Shown here: positions 1 through 9,225 of the stretch, piece after piece
Layout of the letters: the number at the start of each line of letters is the position of its first letter
How positions within the stretch are numbered: position 1 is the first letter of the stretch
Source: Acholeplasma laidlawii PG-8A
GTDB lineage: Bacteria; Bacillota_I; Bacilli_A; Acholeplasmatales; Acholeplasmataceae
Length of the DNA stretch: 32,000 nt
Direction of reading: 5' to 3'
Assembly: GCF_000018785.1 (NCBI RefSeq)
Contig: NC_010163.1
Span: 750,001-782,000, forward strand
Program-made: the position numbers and the translations under genes
Notes under the pieces: model-generated
Told to the model about the DNA's origin: nothing
The model's database searches: none
What the model saw: only the letters and a program-made list of their open reading frames with translations

Positions 1-553
1 TGATAAGTCCTATCGAAGGGGAAAAGTTCATATTCATGCCTGTTTGACCCATCTCATAGGCAGTGATCATACCAATTTCTTTCATTAATTCTTTATTGTT
101 AGCAGCAGCTAGACCAATATTATGAGGAAATATGGTGGCACCATAAAGATTATTATGACCATGAACTGCGTCCACACCATAGATAATTGGTATTTTTGAT
201 GAACTTTCTAAGGATGCATTGAGCATATTTTCATACATGGATACCCAACCAAAAGTTGTGTTTGACGATGGCCTGTTACCACCACCATTTAATACGGAGC
301 CAAGATTTAAGTTTCTTACATCTGTAGGTTTAACACCGGATGCACCATTGTTATTAGAGCGCTCTCCTTGAACCATTTGACCTGCTTTTTCAGCAATCGT
401 TAATTTATCTAACCACCAGTTTATTTTTTCATTCATAGTTAAATTTGAATCAGGATAATCATTATCATGAATGACTGGTGGTGTGTTATCACAGGATACA
501 ATCATTACAACAAAGCATATGATGATTGCAATCGTTATTAGTTTATTTTTCAT
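1..553 (-). CDS. GH3 beta-glucosidase / exo-beta-glucanase, lipoprotein (N-terminal part only; gene continues past the left edge)
   Basis: Absent from the ORF track because it is truncated. My reverse-strand translation from the ATG at 553 gives MKNKLITIAIIICFVVMIVSCDNTPPVIHDN...LTIAEKAGQMVQGER...IPIIYGVDAVHGHNNLYGATIFPHNIGLAAANN. The GVDAVHGHNN and TIFPHNIGL blocks are the conserved GH3 barrel-domain signature. A hydrophobic h-region followed by IVSC is a lipobox. Confidence 0.85.
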   Translation of the reverse strand, partial: MKNKLITIAIIICFVVMIVSCDNTPPVIHDNDYPDSNLTMNEKINWWLDKLTIAEKAGQMVQGERSNNNGASGVKPTDVRNLNLGSVLNGGGNRPSSNTTFGWVSMYENMLNASLESSSKIPIIYGVDAVHGHNNLYGATIFPHNIGLAAANNKELMKEIGMITAYEMGQTGMNMNFSPSIGLI

Positions 554-557
554 ACAT

Positions 558-3500
558 TTAACCTAAATATGCATCTATATGACTATATTTTAGATTTCTA
601 ATATCATCAGCATGTTCACCCAGAATACTATCGCCTTGAATTTTAATACGCTCATTTTGATTGGATAGTGTGTAATGTGTTACATTTAAGTTAAATGTGT
701 CAACATGATGTGGGTTATGGATAGTAATCGTGATATGAGAAAGGAATTTAAAGGATAACCTACCTTCTTTAAAGAAATCCTTTATAACTTTTGGATTCAC
801 TTTAAAAGTTAATTTATTTTCTTTATAACTAAAAGGTTGTTTACCTAGAAACATTAAATACATTAAAGTCATAGCTTCTGATGTCGTACCTGTGAGTCTG
901 GCAACAAAACCCTGACCATGTACTTTTGGATTTGGATTGTTGGATGTAGCAATAAAACTTACATTTTCTAAAGTACTTCTACCATAAACTAAAGGATCCA
1001 TAAAAGGTGGCATACTTGTTTTAATATCTTTGTAAAACTCATCATAAAGACCTGATTTAAACATGCCTATTAAATATTTATAACTCATATGTACAAAAGA
1101 AGACTCACGTTCAAGCCAGCCTTTTGTAAAAGCACGTGCTCGACCAATTTCTAAAGTCTCATCCTCTAAAGATGCAGATGTTTTATATACACCTAAAGTT
1201 TCATCATAAATACCTGATGCTTTTACATGTTGATGTACACTATGAGCATCTATTACATTGAGCATTGATTTTAGATAGTGCGCGGGTGCTTCTAAATAAT
1301 GAGGTAGTGGTCTAACCTTCCAGTTCGTCACATCAATACACTCTAAATTCAAATGAGGATGTCTTAAACCATTTTTTTGATAAGTGGTAGCTTCAAATGT
1401 TAAATAAGTAGGAATTAATCCTTTACCTAGTTCAAATGCATTTTTAATACCCCTATGAATATAGTCATTTAATCGTTCAATCAATGGGATTAATTGGGCT
1501 ATTGTAATATCCACAAATGCATCAGACAGATAGAGGTTTGTTTTTGCATCAAAACTTTCTCTAATGTCTTGTATCTTATCAAATCCATCATCAATATGAT
1601 GAGTTAAGTTCGTAAAAAAATCATATATATCTGATTGAATAGATACAGTTTTAGATTTAAATAGATGACTAAACTCAATTAAGTATTTAAATAATCGAGC
1701 TAAATTTATAGTTTCAGTCGTACCTGATCCAAAAATGGCAGGTAAACCGTTCATTGCATCATTCCAACCAGGTTTTTCGCTATCCATCATTACACCCATA
1801 CCCATTGGGTCTAAACTTGCTGTTTTGATCGTTGCTAAATGTAATAATTTTGAATATAAATTGACTGATACAGTTTTACCGTTTGTAAATTTATGAAAGT
1901 TTGAACCTTGTTTTAAATCTAAAGATTTTACTTTTTCTTTATCTTCATAAAGTCCACCTAATTGACGTGGAAAACCTTCTTTGTTAAGAACATACTTATA
2001 TTTTCTTGGATAAACACTCATTTTTGACTGATAGAATTTAATAGGTTGGTCAAAAAGCATAAAATCTATTTTATCAGGAAAAATTGCTAGATATTGTTCA
2101 ATTAAATCTAGATTATAAATCCAGTGATCTGACCAATAACCTGTTCCAAAGCTACTTTGAGTCGTTTGATCAGTATAATACATGATTAAGTCTAATAATG
2201 TTTGAGGTGAAATGTTAGTTTCTATATTGTTTTCAATAAACATCAATAAAGAGCCTGGAGTAAAAGGCTTTTTAAGATAATCTATGAGTTTATTCTCACC
2301 CTTAACAACATGTTCTAATAATTTATTTTGATACTTTTGATTAAACGTAAATCTTGAGCCTTCAATGGTCAATGGATTGTGTCCATCTAGTTGAATTAAT
2401 TCTAAAAACTGTACTATATTAAAAATACCAGCTTCTTTTACAAAATACACATCATTTCTTCTATTTTGATTTACATCTCTATAACTACCATTACCATGAG
2501 AGTAATATCTTGGTTCTATATAAAAATTATTGTATTCTCTTTCCATATCACCGTGAATTCTAGAATATGTATGGTAAACATGATCTTTATTTAACCCCTT
2601 AAATATATATGGAAAACCACCTCTTAGTAAATTATCTAAGAACGATTGTTTCATATATTGATCAAATAAAGGATAATTCGTCTGTGTATCCATAGGAGCA
2701 ACGAGTTCTTCAATAAATGATTCACTTAACGCTTCAAGTGACTCAAAATAATTAAAATCCCAATGACGTGCAGATTCATTCAATGAATCTAAATTGCTAT
2801 AAGACCCTAGTAATGTATAAAATGTATAAGTTTCATCTTTTCTTAAATGAACCTCATGTGTTGAAAATCCGGAAAGTAGCTGGTTTGTTGATGCTTGATT
2901 TTGACGTATAAACTCATCATATGGCATCTGATTAAATACATGTGGTACTGCAAGTTCATTTTGGTATCCAAAGATGATAGATGAGTCATAAATTGGTTTT
3001 AATCGCTTATGATGTTGGTCCACACTTACATAGAAATTACCTGCTTCTAATGCACTAATTTCTTCTGTATCTTCCGTTGTAGAGCGATTTTTCATAAATG
3101 GAATGTGGTTTTCTTGATTAAATACATCAAACCATGCTACAGCTAAATTTGACATGTTTTTTTGTGCATATAAACCAGTTCCATAGGGCCAGAATGTTGC
3201 TAACCCATCGATGAAGCTTAACTTCATATCTTTAAGTGCTTTAAACTGAACTTTCCTTACTAATCCAGGATACTTTTTCTCAGTTACGTGAAAGTATTTA
3301 ACAGTAGTTTGAACATCATTGTTCGTTTCTTCAATAGATACTTTATTTCTTCCAATGAATAATTTTCTATTGCTATCTGTTGTACCAAAGGGTTCAAAAC
3401 ATTGATCATTAACCTTTAAAAAAGTCCTAAAACCATTTACTGAAGTATTTCTATAACTTAAATTTGCAGGTGTGAAATCTAATATAGCGTGGTCTTTATT

Positions 3501-3662
3501 CTCAATACCAAAAGATGCAATTAATTGACCTCTATTGACATAATAAGTCCACATAGGTACGCCATTTTTACCTGCAATACCTGGTAAAAATGAAGCAAAA
3601 GGTTTTAACTTATGATAGTTTTCAAATATAAATTCTTTTGTTTCCTCATTAAAATATGTCAT
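558..3662 (-). CDS. Large cytoplasmic GH94-clan (GH94/GH149/GH161-like) glycoside phosphorylase-like protein; candidate beta-1,3-oligoglucan phosphorylase
   Basis: The ORF track gives 558..3671, but codon 1 there is TTG. The ATG at 3662 (MTYFNEE...) lies 1 nt after the upstream TAA, so I prefer it. There is no signal peptide. The N-terminus YFNEETKEFIFENY...FLPGIAGKNGVPMWTYYVNRGQ, the internal SYRDVNQN and PGWNDAMNGL motifs, and the C-terminal KLTFKVNPKV parallel the RDxxQD, ADWND and C-terminal-domain motifs of GH94 enzymes and of the 830-aa paralog in this window. Exact family and substrate are not determined. Confidence 0.55.
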   Translation of the reverse strand: MTYFNEETKEFIFENYHKLKPFASFLPGIAGKNGVPMWTYYVNRGQLIASFGIENKDHAILDFTPANLSYRNTSVNGFRTFLKVNDQCFEPFGTTDSNRKLFIGRNKVSIEETNNDVQTTVKYFHVTEKKYPGLVRKVQFKALKDMKLSFIDGLATFWPYGTGLYAQKNMSNLAVAWFDVFNQENHIPFMKNRSTTEDTEEISALEAGNFYVSVDQHHKRLKPIYDSSIIFGYQNELAVPHVFNQMPYDEFIRQNQASTNQLLSGFSTHEVHLRKDETYTFYTLLGSYSNLDSLNESARHWDFNYFESLEALSESFIEELVAPMDTQTNYPLFDQYMKQSFLDNLLRGGFPYIFKGLNKDHVYHTYSRIHGDMEREYNNFYIEPRYYSHGNGSYRDVNQNRRNDVYFVKEAGIFNIVQFLELIQLDGHNPLTIEGSRFTFNQKYQNKLLEHVVKGENKLIDYLKKPFTPGSLLMFIENNIETNISPQTLLDLIMYYTDQTTQSSFGTGYWSDHWIYNLDLIEQYLAIFPDKIDFMLFDQPIKFYQSKMSVYPRKYKYVLNKEGFPRQLGGLYEDKEKVKSLDLKQGSNFHKFTNGKTVSVNLYSKLLHLATIKTASLDPMGMGVMMDSEKPGWNDAMNGLPAIFGSGTTETINLARLFKYLIEFSHLFKSKTVSIQSDIYDFFTNLTHHIDDGFDKIQDIRESFDAKTNLYLSDAFVDITIAQLIPLIERLNDYIHRGIKNAFELGKGLIPTYLTFEATTYQKNGLRHPHLNLECIDVTNWKVRPLPHYLEAPAHYLKSMLNVIDAHSVHQHVKASGIYDETLGVYKTSASLEDETLEIGRARAFTKGWLERESSFVHMSYKYLIGMFKSGLYDEFYKDIKTSMPPFMDPLVYGRSTLENVSFIATSNNPNPKVHGQGFVARLTGTTSEAMTLMYLMFLGKQPFSYKENKLTFKVNPKVIKDFFKEGRLSFKFLSHITITIHNPHHVDTFNLNVTHYTLSNQNERIKIQGDSILGEHADDIRNLKYSHIDAYLG

Positions 3663-3663
3663 A

Positions 3664-4557
3664 TTAATCAATTTCCCTTACTAAATTTTGAATTGTTGGT
3701 GATTGATACACTCTAACAAAATCAATTTCCATTTTGGCATAGCTCAATTCAGGATCTATACCTTGAGCTGCACCCCAATCACCACCTATTGCGATATTTA
3801 ATAATAGATGAAAACGTCGATCAAATGGCCAGTGTCTGTTTTTTGGTATATCAACCAAATTAAAAGGATTATAAGTATAATACACTTCGTTATCAATTGA
3901 AAAAATTATCAAATCTGGAAACCATTCAACTGTATAGGTATGAAAAGCTTCACTTGCAGTTGGAATCACTTTAGAACCACCTTTTTGAGTGCCTATTTTG
4001 TGATTATATGCTTGGGTATGGATACTCGCATGAATACGGTTTTGGTCATAACCTACGTGTTCCATGATATCTATTTCACCACTATTTGGCCAACTACCAT
4101 ACTGCCAATCAGTAGGTAACATCCATATTGCAGGCCACGTTCCGCGACCTGTTGGAAGTTTAGCTCTCACTTCAATCTTACCCCACTTCCAATCACCTTT
4201 ATTTCTGGTGACCATACGTGCTGATGTCCAACTTCCTTTTTCATCTTTTATCGCTTCTATGGTGAGTATGCCATCTTTAACAAAGGCGTTTTGATCACTT
4301 GTGTAATTTTGTAGTTCATTATTTCCCCATCCGTGTCCGCCTACATCATAACCCCATTTATCATCATCAGGTAAACCTTCATAATCAAACTCATCAGACC
4401 ACACCAAAGCATAATCAGTAATATTGTCTTTATCATAAGTATAACCTTCAATTTTAGAGCGTTCTACTACAATGGGTGGTTCATCTTCTCTTTTATCACA
4501 AGCAATTAGCAAGGATGTAAACAATAATACACATAATGCAATCACAGTTTTTTTCAT
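3664..4557 (-). CDS. GH16 endo-beta-1,3(4)-glucanase (laminarinase-type), lipoprotein
   Basis: Carries the GH16 catalytic motif GEIDIMEH (E-x-D-x-x-E). The signal peptide has the lipobox LLIAC. The track start at 4566 is GTG; the ATG at 4557 (MKKTVIALC...) has an AGGTGA SD 5 nt upstream and sits 1 nt after the permease stop. Confidence 0.9.
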   Translation of the reverse strand: MKKTVIALCVLLFTSLLIACDKREDEPPIVVERSKIEGYTYDKDNITDYALVWSDEFDYEGLPDDDKWGYDVGGHGWGNNELQNYTSDQNAFVKDGILTIEAIKDEKGSWTSARMVTRNKGDWKWGKIEVRAKLPTGRGTWPAIWMLPTDWQYGSWPNSGEIDIMEHVGYDQNRIHASIHTQAYNHKIGTQKGGSKVIPTASEAFHTYTVEWFPDLIIFSIDNEVYYTYNPFNLVDIPKNRHWPFDRRFHLLLNIAIGGDWGAAQGIDPELSYAKMEIDFVRVYQSPTIQNLVREID

Positions 4558-4558
4558 G

Positions 4559-5686
4559 TTATTCACCTGTCATTCCGGTACGTTCAATACCTGCAATAAA
4601 TTGCTTTTGTGCAACTATATAAATAATAAATAAAGGTAAGATAGACAAGAATGTTGCTGCAGATTTATAACCTTCGTTAATTAAACCGATACCAACATCA
4701 CCTGGTGCACTATTTGCTTGATCTGCAAATATTGAATCAAATAGACTTAATCTCATGACTACAAGCGGATTACCAGATTGATAATAAATAGTTGCTGTAT
4801 AGATATCATTCCAATTCCAAATAAATGAAAATAGAAATACGATTAAAATAATTGGGACAACTAACTTAACATAAATATGCCAAAATACTTGGAATGAAGA
4901 TGCTCCATCAATTCGTGCTGCTTCATCTAATGTAATTGGAATCATTTTAAAGAAATTATAGAAAATTAATATAAGAATAGCTGAGTTGATACCTTGGCCA
5001 AAAAATGAAAATAGTACTTGAGGAATTAGTGTGGAAAATAACGCTCTACTGAAAAATGAACCTAAGAAATTATTAGCAAATAAAGCATCATAAATAGGAA
5101 TCCAAATATTTTCTTGTATACCGCTTATAATCATAATTCTAGGTACTGTGACCATTGGTAGTGGAATAATGAAGGACACTAATAACATCACAAAGAAGAA
5201 TTTCTTAAACTTAAAATTATATCGTGCAAAAGCAAAGCCTGTAAATGCAGCAATAACTGTTTGAATTAGTGCAAGTGTAGTCATGTTAAATAAGCTTTTA
5301 ATCAAGTTACCTGGATTTGTAAATGTACCTAAAAAACGATCGATAAAACTTAAACCTGGTGCAAACCAAGAAGGTGGTAGTAACTGTAGTACATGATTAG
5401 AAACAACAAAGTTACTAAAAGTTAATCCAGTTGGAATCCATGAAACCTCAGGACTTAATAAGTCCTTTCTCGTCATAAATGAGAGTAAAATCATACGAAT
5501 AATTGGAAATAAAAATACATAACTAATACCAATTAATAATACATAGATGACAAGTTTACCGATAACACCACCACTAGCTTTATGCCCAAATAAGTATTTT
5601 CGTATTTTACTTATAGAAATGTGTGAGGTGACTTTTTTAAATAGTAATTTAATTTTACCAAATAGGTCATTCATATATTTAATCAT
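4559..5686 (-). CDS. Carbohydrate ABC transporter permease (pair 1, second subunit), unusually long
   Basis: Polytopic membrane protein with the EAA loop LDEAARIDGASSFQVFWHIY. Its start overlaps the upstream stop (ATGA at 5683-5686). At 375 aa it is longer than typical MalG-like permeases of about 280 aa. Confidence 0.85.
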   Translation of the reverse strand: MIKYMNDLFGKIKLLFKKVTSHISISKIRKYLFGHKASGGVIGKLVIYVLLIGISYVFLFPIIRMILLSFMTRKDLLSPEVSWIPTGLTFSNFVVSNHVLQLLPPSWFAPGLSFIDRFLGTFTNPGNLIKSLFNMTTLALIQTVIAAFTGFAFARYNFKFKKFFFVMLLVSFIIPLPMVTVPRIMIISGIQENIWIPIYDALFANNFLGSFFSRALFSTLIPQVLFSFFGQGINSAILILIFYNFFKMIPITLDEAARIDGASSFQVFWHIYVKLVVPIILIVFLFSFIWNWNDIYTATIYYQSGNPLVVMRLSLFDSIFADQANSAPGDVGIGLINEGYKSAATFLSILPLFIIYIVAQKQFIAGIERTGMTGE

Positions 5687-6690
5687 GACATGTCACCTTT
5701 ATCTTTCTTCTTCTTAAATACACGATCAAACCATTCTTTAAGTGTTTCTTCATCTCTTAATTTCTTCAATTGAACACGATTGATACGTGCGATATGTTTG
5801 AGTTGTTTTTCCTTTAATGTATCTAGATATTTTGTGTCATCTTTAGTTCTTAGAACTAAGAATATAACACCAACAAATGCAAGTACTATCGCAGAATAAA
5901 CAATAACAACTGCAGCAGCAAATCCTAAACCATTCGTATAGTTGGAGTTGATAGTACCGACGACAAATGAGTAAATCGGATTCACTTCAAAGATTGCTAT
6001 TTGTACCACAGTATAAATACCTACAACAAGTCCAGTAGATCTTAAATTTGGTAGCATAATCTTCCATAGCATTTGCCATGAATTAGCACCATCGATTTGT
6101 GCTGCTTCATATAAACTATTATCAATTTTTTGTAAACCATTTAAAAATAATATAATTGGTATCCCTGTAAACCAAAGTATTAATGTAAAATTATCAAAAA
6201 TCGACATTAAAATGTTACTAAAGAAAGGCGAAATATTGTCGATCATCCTAAATATGAGTAATTCTGATATATCCATGAGTTGCATGGTATTAGAACTTCT
6301 TAATTGTGTCATAACAGGTCCACTAATAACAACTACAGGGAAGAAAAATATTAATCTGAAACCCGTTCTAAATTTAATTTTACTATTAAGTAGTATTGCT
6401 AGGATTAAAGATATAACTAAAATCATAGGCACATAAGTAATTTCCATAGAAATAAAGCCTACAACTAACTGGTTAAACTCAGTATTTCTAAAAAATGCTG
6501 TTACATAATTTTCAGTTCCAATAAATGAATATGTCCAACCATAGACGTCTTTAGATACTAAATTAAAACTTAACCAGATTGTATTGATGAATGGATAGAT
6601 AATGAAAAATATCAATCCTATCAACCAAGGAAGTAAAAATAAGTATGCTACATTTTCATTTTTCGGTTTTCTAACCCTTAATTTTGACAT
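5683..6690 (-). CDS. Carbohydrate ABC transporter permease (pair 1, first subunit) with a charged C-terminal tail
   Basis: Has the EAA loop LYEAAQIDGANSWQMLWKIMLP and multiple TM segments, with an AGGAGG SD upstream of the ATG at 6690. About 54 aa of Lys/Glu-rich tail follow the last TM. Confidence 0.85.
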   Translation of the reverse strand: MSKLRVRKPKNENVAYLFLLPWLIGLIFFIIYPFINTIWLSFNLVSKDVYGWTYSFIGTENYVTAFFRNTEFNQLVVGFISMEITYVPMILVISLILAILLNSKIKFRTGFRLIFFFPVVVISGPVMTQLRSSNTMQLMDISELLIFRMIDNISPFFSNILMSIFDNFTLILWFTGIPIILFLNGLQKIDNSLYEAAQIDGANSWQMLWKIMLPNLRSTGLVVGIYTVVQIAIFEVNPIYSFVVGTINSNYTNGLGFAAAVVIVYSAIVLAFVGVIFLVLRTKDDTKYLDTLKEKQLKHIARINRVQLKKLRDEETLKEWFDRVFKKKKDKGDMS

Positions 6691-6702
6691 ACAAATCCTC
6701 CT

Positions 6703-9225
6703 TTAAATAACAAGCTTATAGTTAAGCTTTTCAACGGTTATACCTTTATAGATTACAGTATCTTCTGTGTAGTTAATTACAACTTCATAGCCGTTTGCAT
6801 AGGTATTTACAATAACACCTGGTTGTAGTACGCTTCTACCTACCCACACCTCATTCATCACACTTGCGAGTGCACTGTTGACATCATTATAGATATCTTT
6901 TATCATCTCTTCATATAATGTAAATTCAGTAGAATAATAGTTAGATGAATGTGTTGCAATTAATTTATAGGCAGGATCGTGTGTTAATACAAATGATGGG
7001 AATGTATTGTAGTCTATCATTCTTAATACATCTTTTTGTTGGTAGAATGAGAAGTTTGAATAGGTCGCATAATTCTCCATAGCACCATTCAATACCAATT
7101 GTAAGAATGGTACAGTATCAGTTTCAACAAGGTGTTGAGAACTAAATAGGGGTGTACTTAAATGTCTATCAACGTATGGCCATAAATACATATTAGGCAT
7201 GATGGCATTAATCTTTGTTGATGCATCAATCTTAGTAAAAGTATCTTCATAAAGTTTTATTGTATCTGTAACAGTAGTAATATTTTCATTACTTCTATAA
7301 TGGCTATACAAGAGGTTTGAAATGCCATCATAAGTATAACTTTCAAAGCCCATTTTAGAGGTCTTATTATAAGTATTTAAGACCCATGATGATGCTCTAT
7401 TAGGTGTAGCATAATACTGCTTTTCTACCGGGCCAGTTGTTCTTCTATAGTTATATTCACTATACCAACCTCCGATATGTTTCATCGCATTATCTATTAA
7501 GAACATATTTTCAGAGTAAATTGTTGTATAGTCTTGATGTAAGGATACATCGATACCAAGTTCATTTAGATACTTAACTGTTTGAGTAAATTTAGATTTA
7601 CTACCTATTGAATCACTCCAATTAGGGCTTGATTTTCGACCGAGAGTTACACCACCTTTTTGGTAACCGAGTAACCCTGAATTAATATTATAGACACCTT
7701 CATTTTGTAATGTTTCTAAAATCTTTTTTACTTCATCAATTGTTGTAACAACAACATCTTCTGTTCCGATTAATGCATTTTTTGCATCACTCATTAAGAA
7801 GTCAATTCTCATTGGAATATTTATAAACTGTTCATTTTTATAACTTAATACGCCTGATTCATGTAAATAATCACGATATTTAATTGCCATACCGACATAA
7901 TCTGCGCGATAAGGGTTATCTAGAGTTGTACCATCTCCTGCAAGCATATAAAAATGTTGATGGATGTCAAAGTGATTTCTTTCCTCAAATAAGGACTGAT
8001 AGCTTGCTCCAGACTGATTATAAACTTGAGTATAGACTCGATTATATAGATATCTTGAATGTGCAATCATATAATCAGTTAAGTTATAGGCATCACTTGA
8101 GTTAGATGGTCTAGCATATATTTGCATATACTCATCACCACTACTAGTGTGTGATAAAAATGCTGCTTGAGTTCCATCGCCATAAGAGATACCAAATACT
8201 GGCATAGATGGATCTTTATGAGGTATAAAATTGGGTTCTGTGCGGCTATGTGATGGTAATTGTGCAATATCTTGTCCATATACATGACCAGTATAACCAT
8301 TTAATGAGGATTGGTAATCTGTAAAACGGATTAATGCGCCACTTCCATCTGGAACGAATATGTAGCCTTCATTTCTAGGTTTATTGACTACCGTGTCCCA
8401 CTTTACTTCTTTTTCTGTTATTGTGCCTTCTTCGGATTCAAAGGTTTCAGTATGTACACTTGGTAAAGAAATCTTACCACCGTAAGAACCCATAAAAGGT
8501 GCGATGGAGATTGATCCAATTAAATCTGTGTCATCTCCCTCAATTTCGCTATCTCTAATTTCAATAGAAAATCCATCTAAAGTTAAATGTAGATGTACCT
8601 TAACCTCTACATCAATGGCTTTAAATTTAAAATCAAGTCTAAAATGGTTAGGATCGTTGTTTACATTCTTTAAAACGTCCGTATTCACAGAATTAGATAC
8701 ACGTTCTTGAACTGTTTCTATTTCAGGATTGTTTAAATCTGGTGCAATAATGAAGTTCTTTGTACTACTTCCTGTTTGTGTTAAAGGACGATTTGGACTT
8801 AAGCGATTGAGATATTCAATCATGATTAAAGAGTTTGCAATACCTTCTCTAGAGTTGTTCATTTGTTCCTCTAAAGGTTTTGCAATAGCTAATATGTCTT
8901 CATCTGATGCACCTGGATTATTTTTAATAAATAATTCTACAGTACTTTCAATGTAACCATCATAGTCATGATCAATACCACTTTTCCAAGTAAAACCGTT
9001 TCTTTTATCATAGACAGCAAATATACCATTATGTTTTTTATAATAGTATTCAAAGTTGGCATTTTCTTGAATGAGTGTAAAGCCATCCTTATTTAGTGGT
9101 ACGATTACGACTTCATCAGGTGGCATTTTAGTATCTTTACTAGATTCAATATATACCGCATTCACCGTGAAACCAAGTAATATAACGATACAGATTACTA
9201 GAATAGTTCTTTTAATTGAAAACAT
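6703..9225 (-). CDS. 840-aa membrane-anchored extracytoplasmic protein of unknown function (I suspect a DUF5696-type family; unverified)
   Basis: Has a single N-terminal TM (ILVICIVILLGFTVNAVYI) and then about 810 aa that are predicted to lie outside. I see no catalytic signature I can name. A GGAG SD lies upstream, and the start overlaps the upstream stop by 14 nt. The family assignment comes from memory of similar gene neighbourhoods, not from a search. Confidence 0.6.
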   Translation of the reverse strand: MFSIKRTILVICIVILLGFTVNAVYIESSKDTKMPPDEVVIVPLNKDGFTLIQENANFEYYYKKHNGIFAVYDKRNGFTWKSGIDHDYDGYIESTVELFIKNNPGASDEDILAIAKPLEEQMNNSREGIANSLIMIEYLNRLSPNRPLTQTGSSTKNFIIAPDLNNPEIETVQERVSNSVNTDVLKNVNNDPNHFRLDFKFKAIDVEVKVHLHLTLDGFSIEIRDSEIEGDDTDLIGSISIAPFMGSYGGKISLPSVHTETFESEEGTITEKEVKWDTVVNKPRNEGYIFVPDGSGALIRFTDYQSSLNGYTGHVYGQDIAQLPSHSRTEPNFIPHKDPSMPVFGISYGDGTQAAFLSHTSSGDEYMQIYARPSNSSDAYNLTDYMIAHSRYLYNRVYTQVYNQSGASYQSLFEERNHFDIHQHFYMLAGDGTTLDNPYRADYVGMAIKYRDYLHESGVLSYKNEQFINIPMRIDFLMSDAKNALIGTEDVVVTTIDEVKKILETLQNEGVYNINSGLLGYQKGGVTLGRKSSPNWSDSIGSKSKFTQTVKYLNELGIDVSLHQDYTTIYSENMFLIDNAMKHIGGWYSEYNYRRTTGPVEKQYYATPNRASSWVLNTYNKTSKMGFESYTYDGISNLLYSHYRSNENITTVTDTIKLYEDTFTKIDASTKINAIMPNMYLWPYVDRHLSTPLFSSQHLVETDTVPFLQLVLNGAMENYATYSNFSFYQQKDVLRMIDYNTFPSFVLTHDPAYKLIATHSSNYYSTEFTLYEEMIKDIYNDVNSALASVMNEVWVGRSVLQPGVIVNTYANGYEVVINYTEDTVIYKGITVEKLNYKLVI

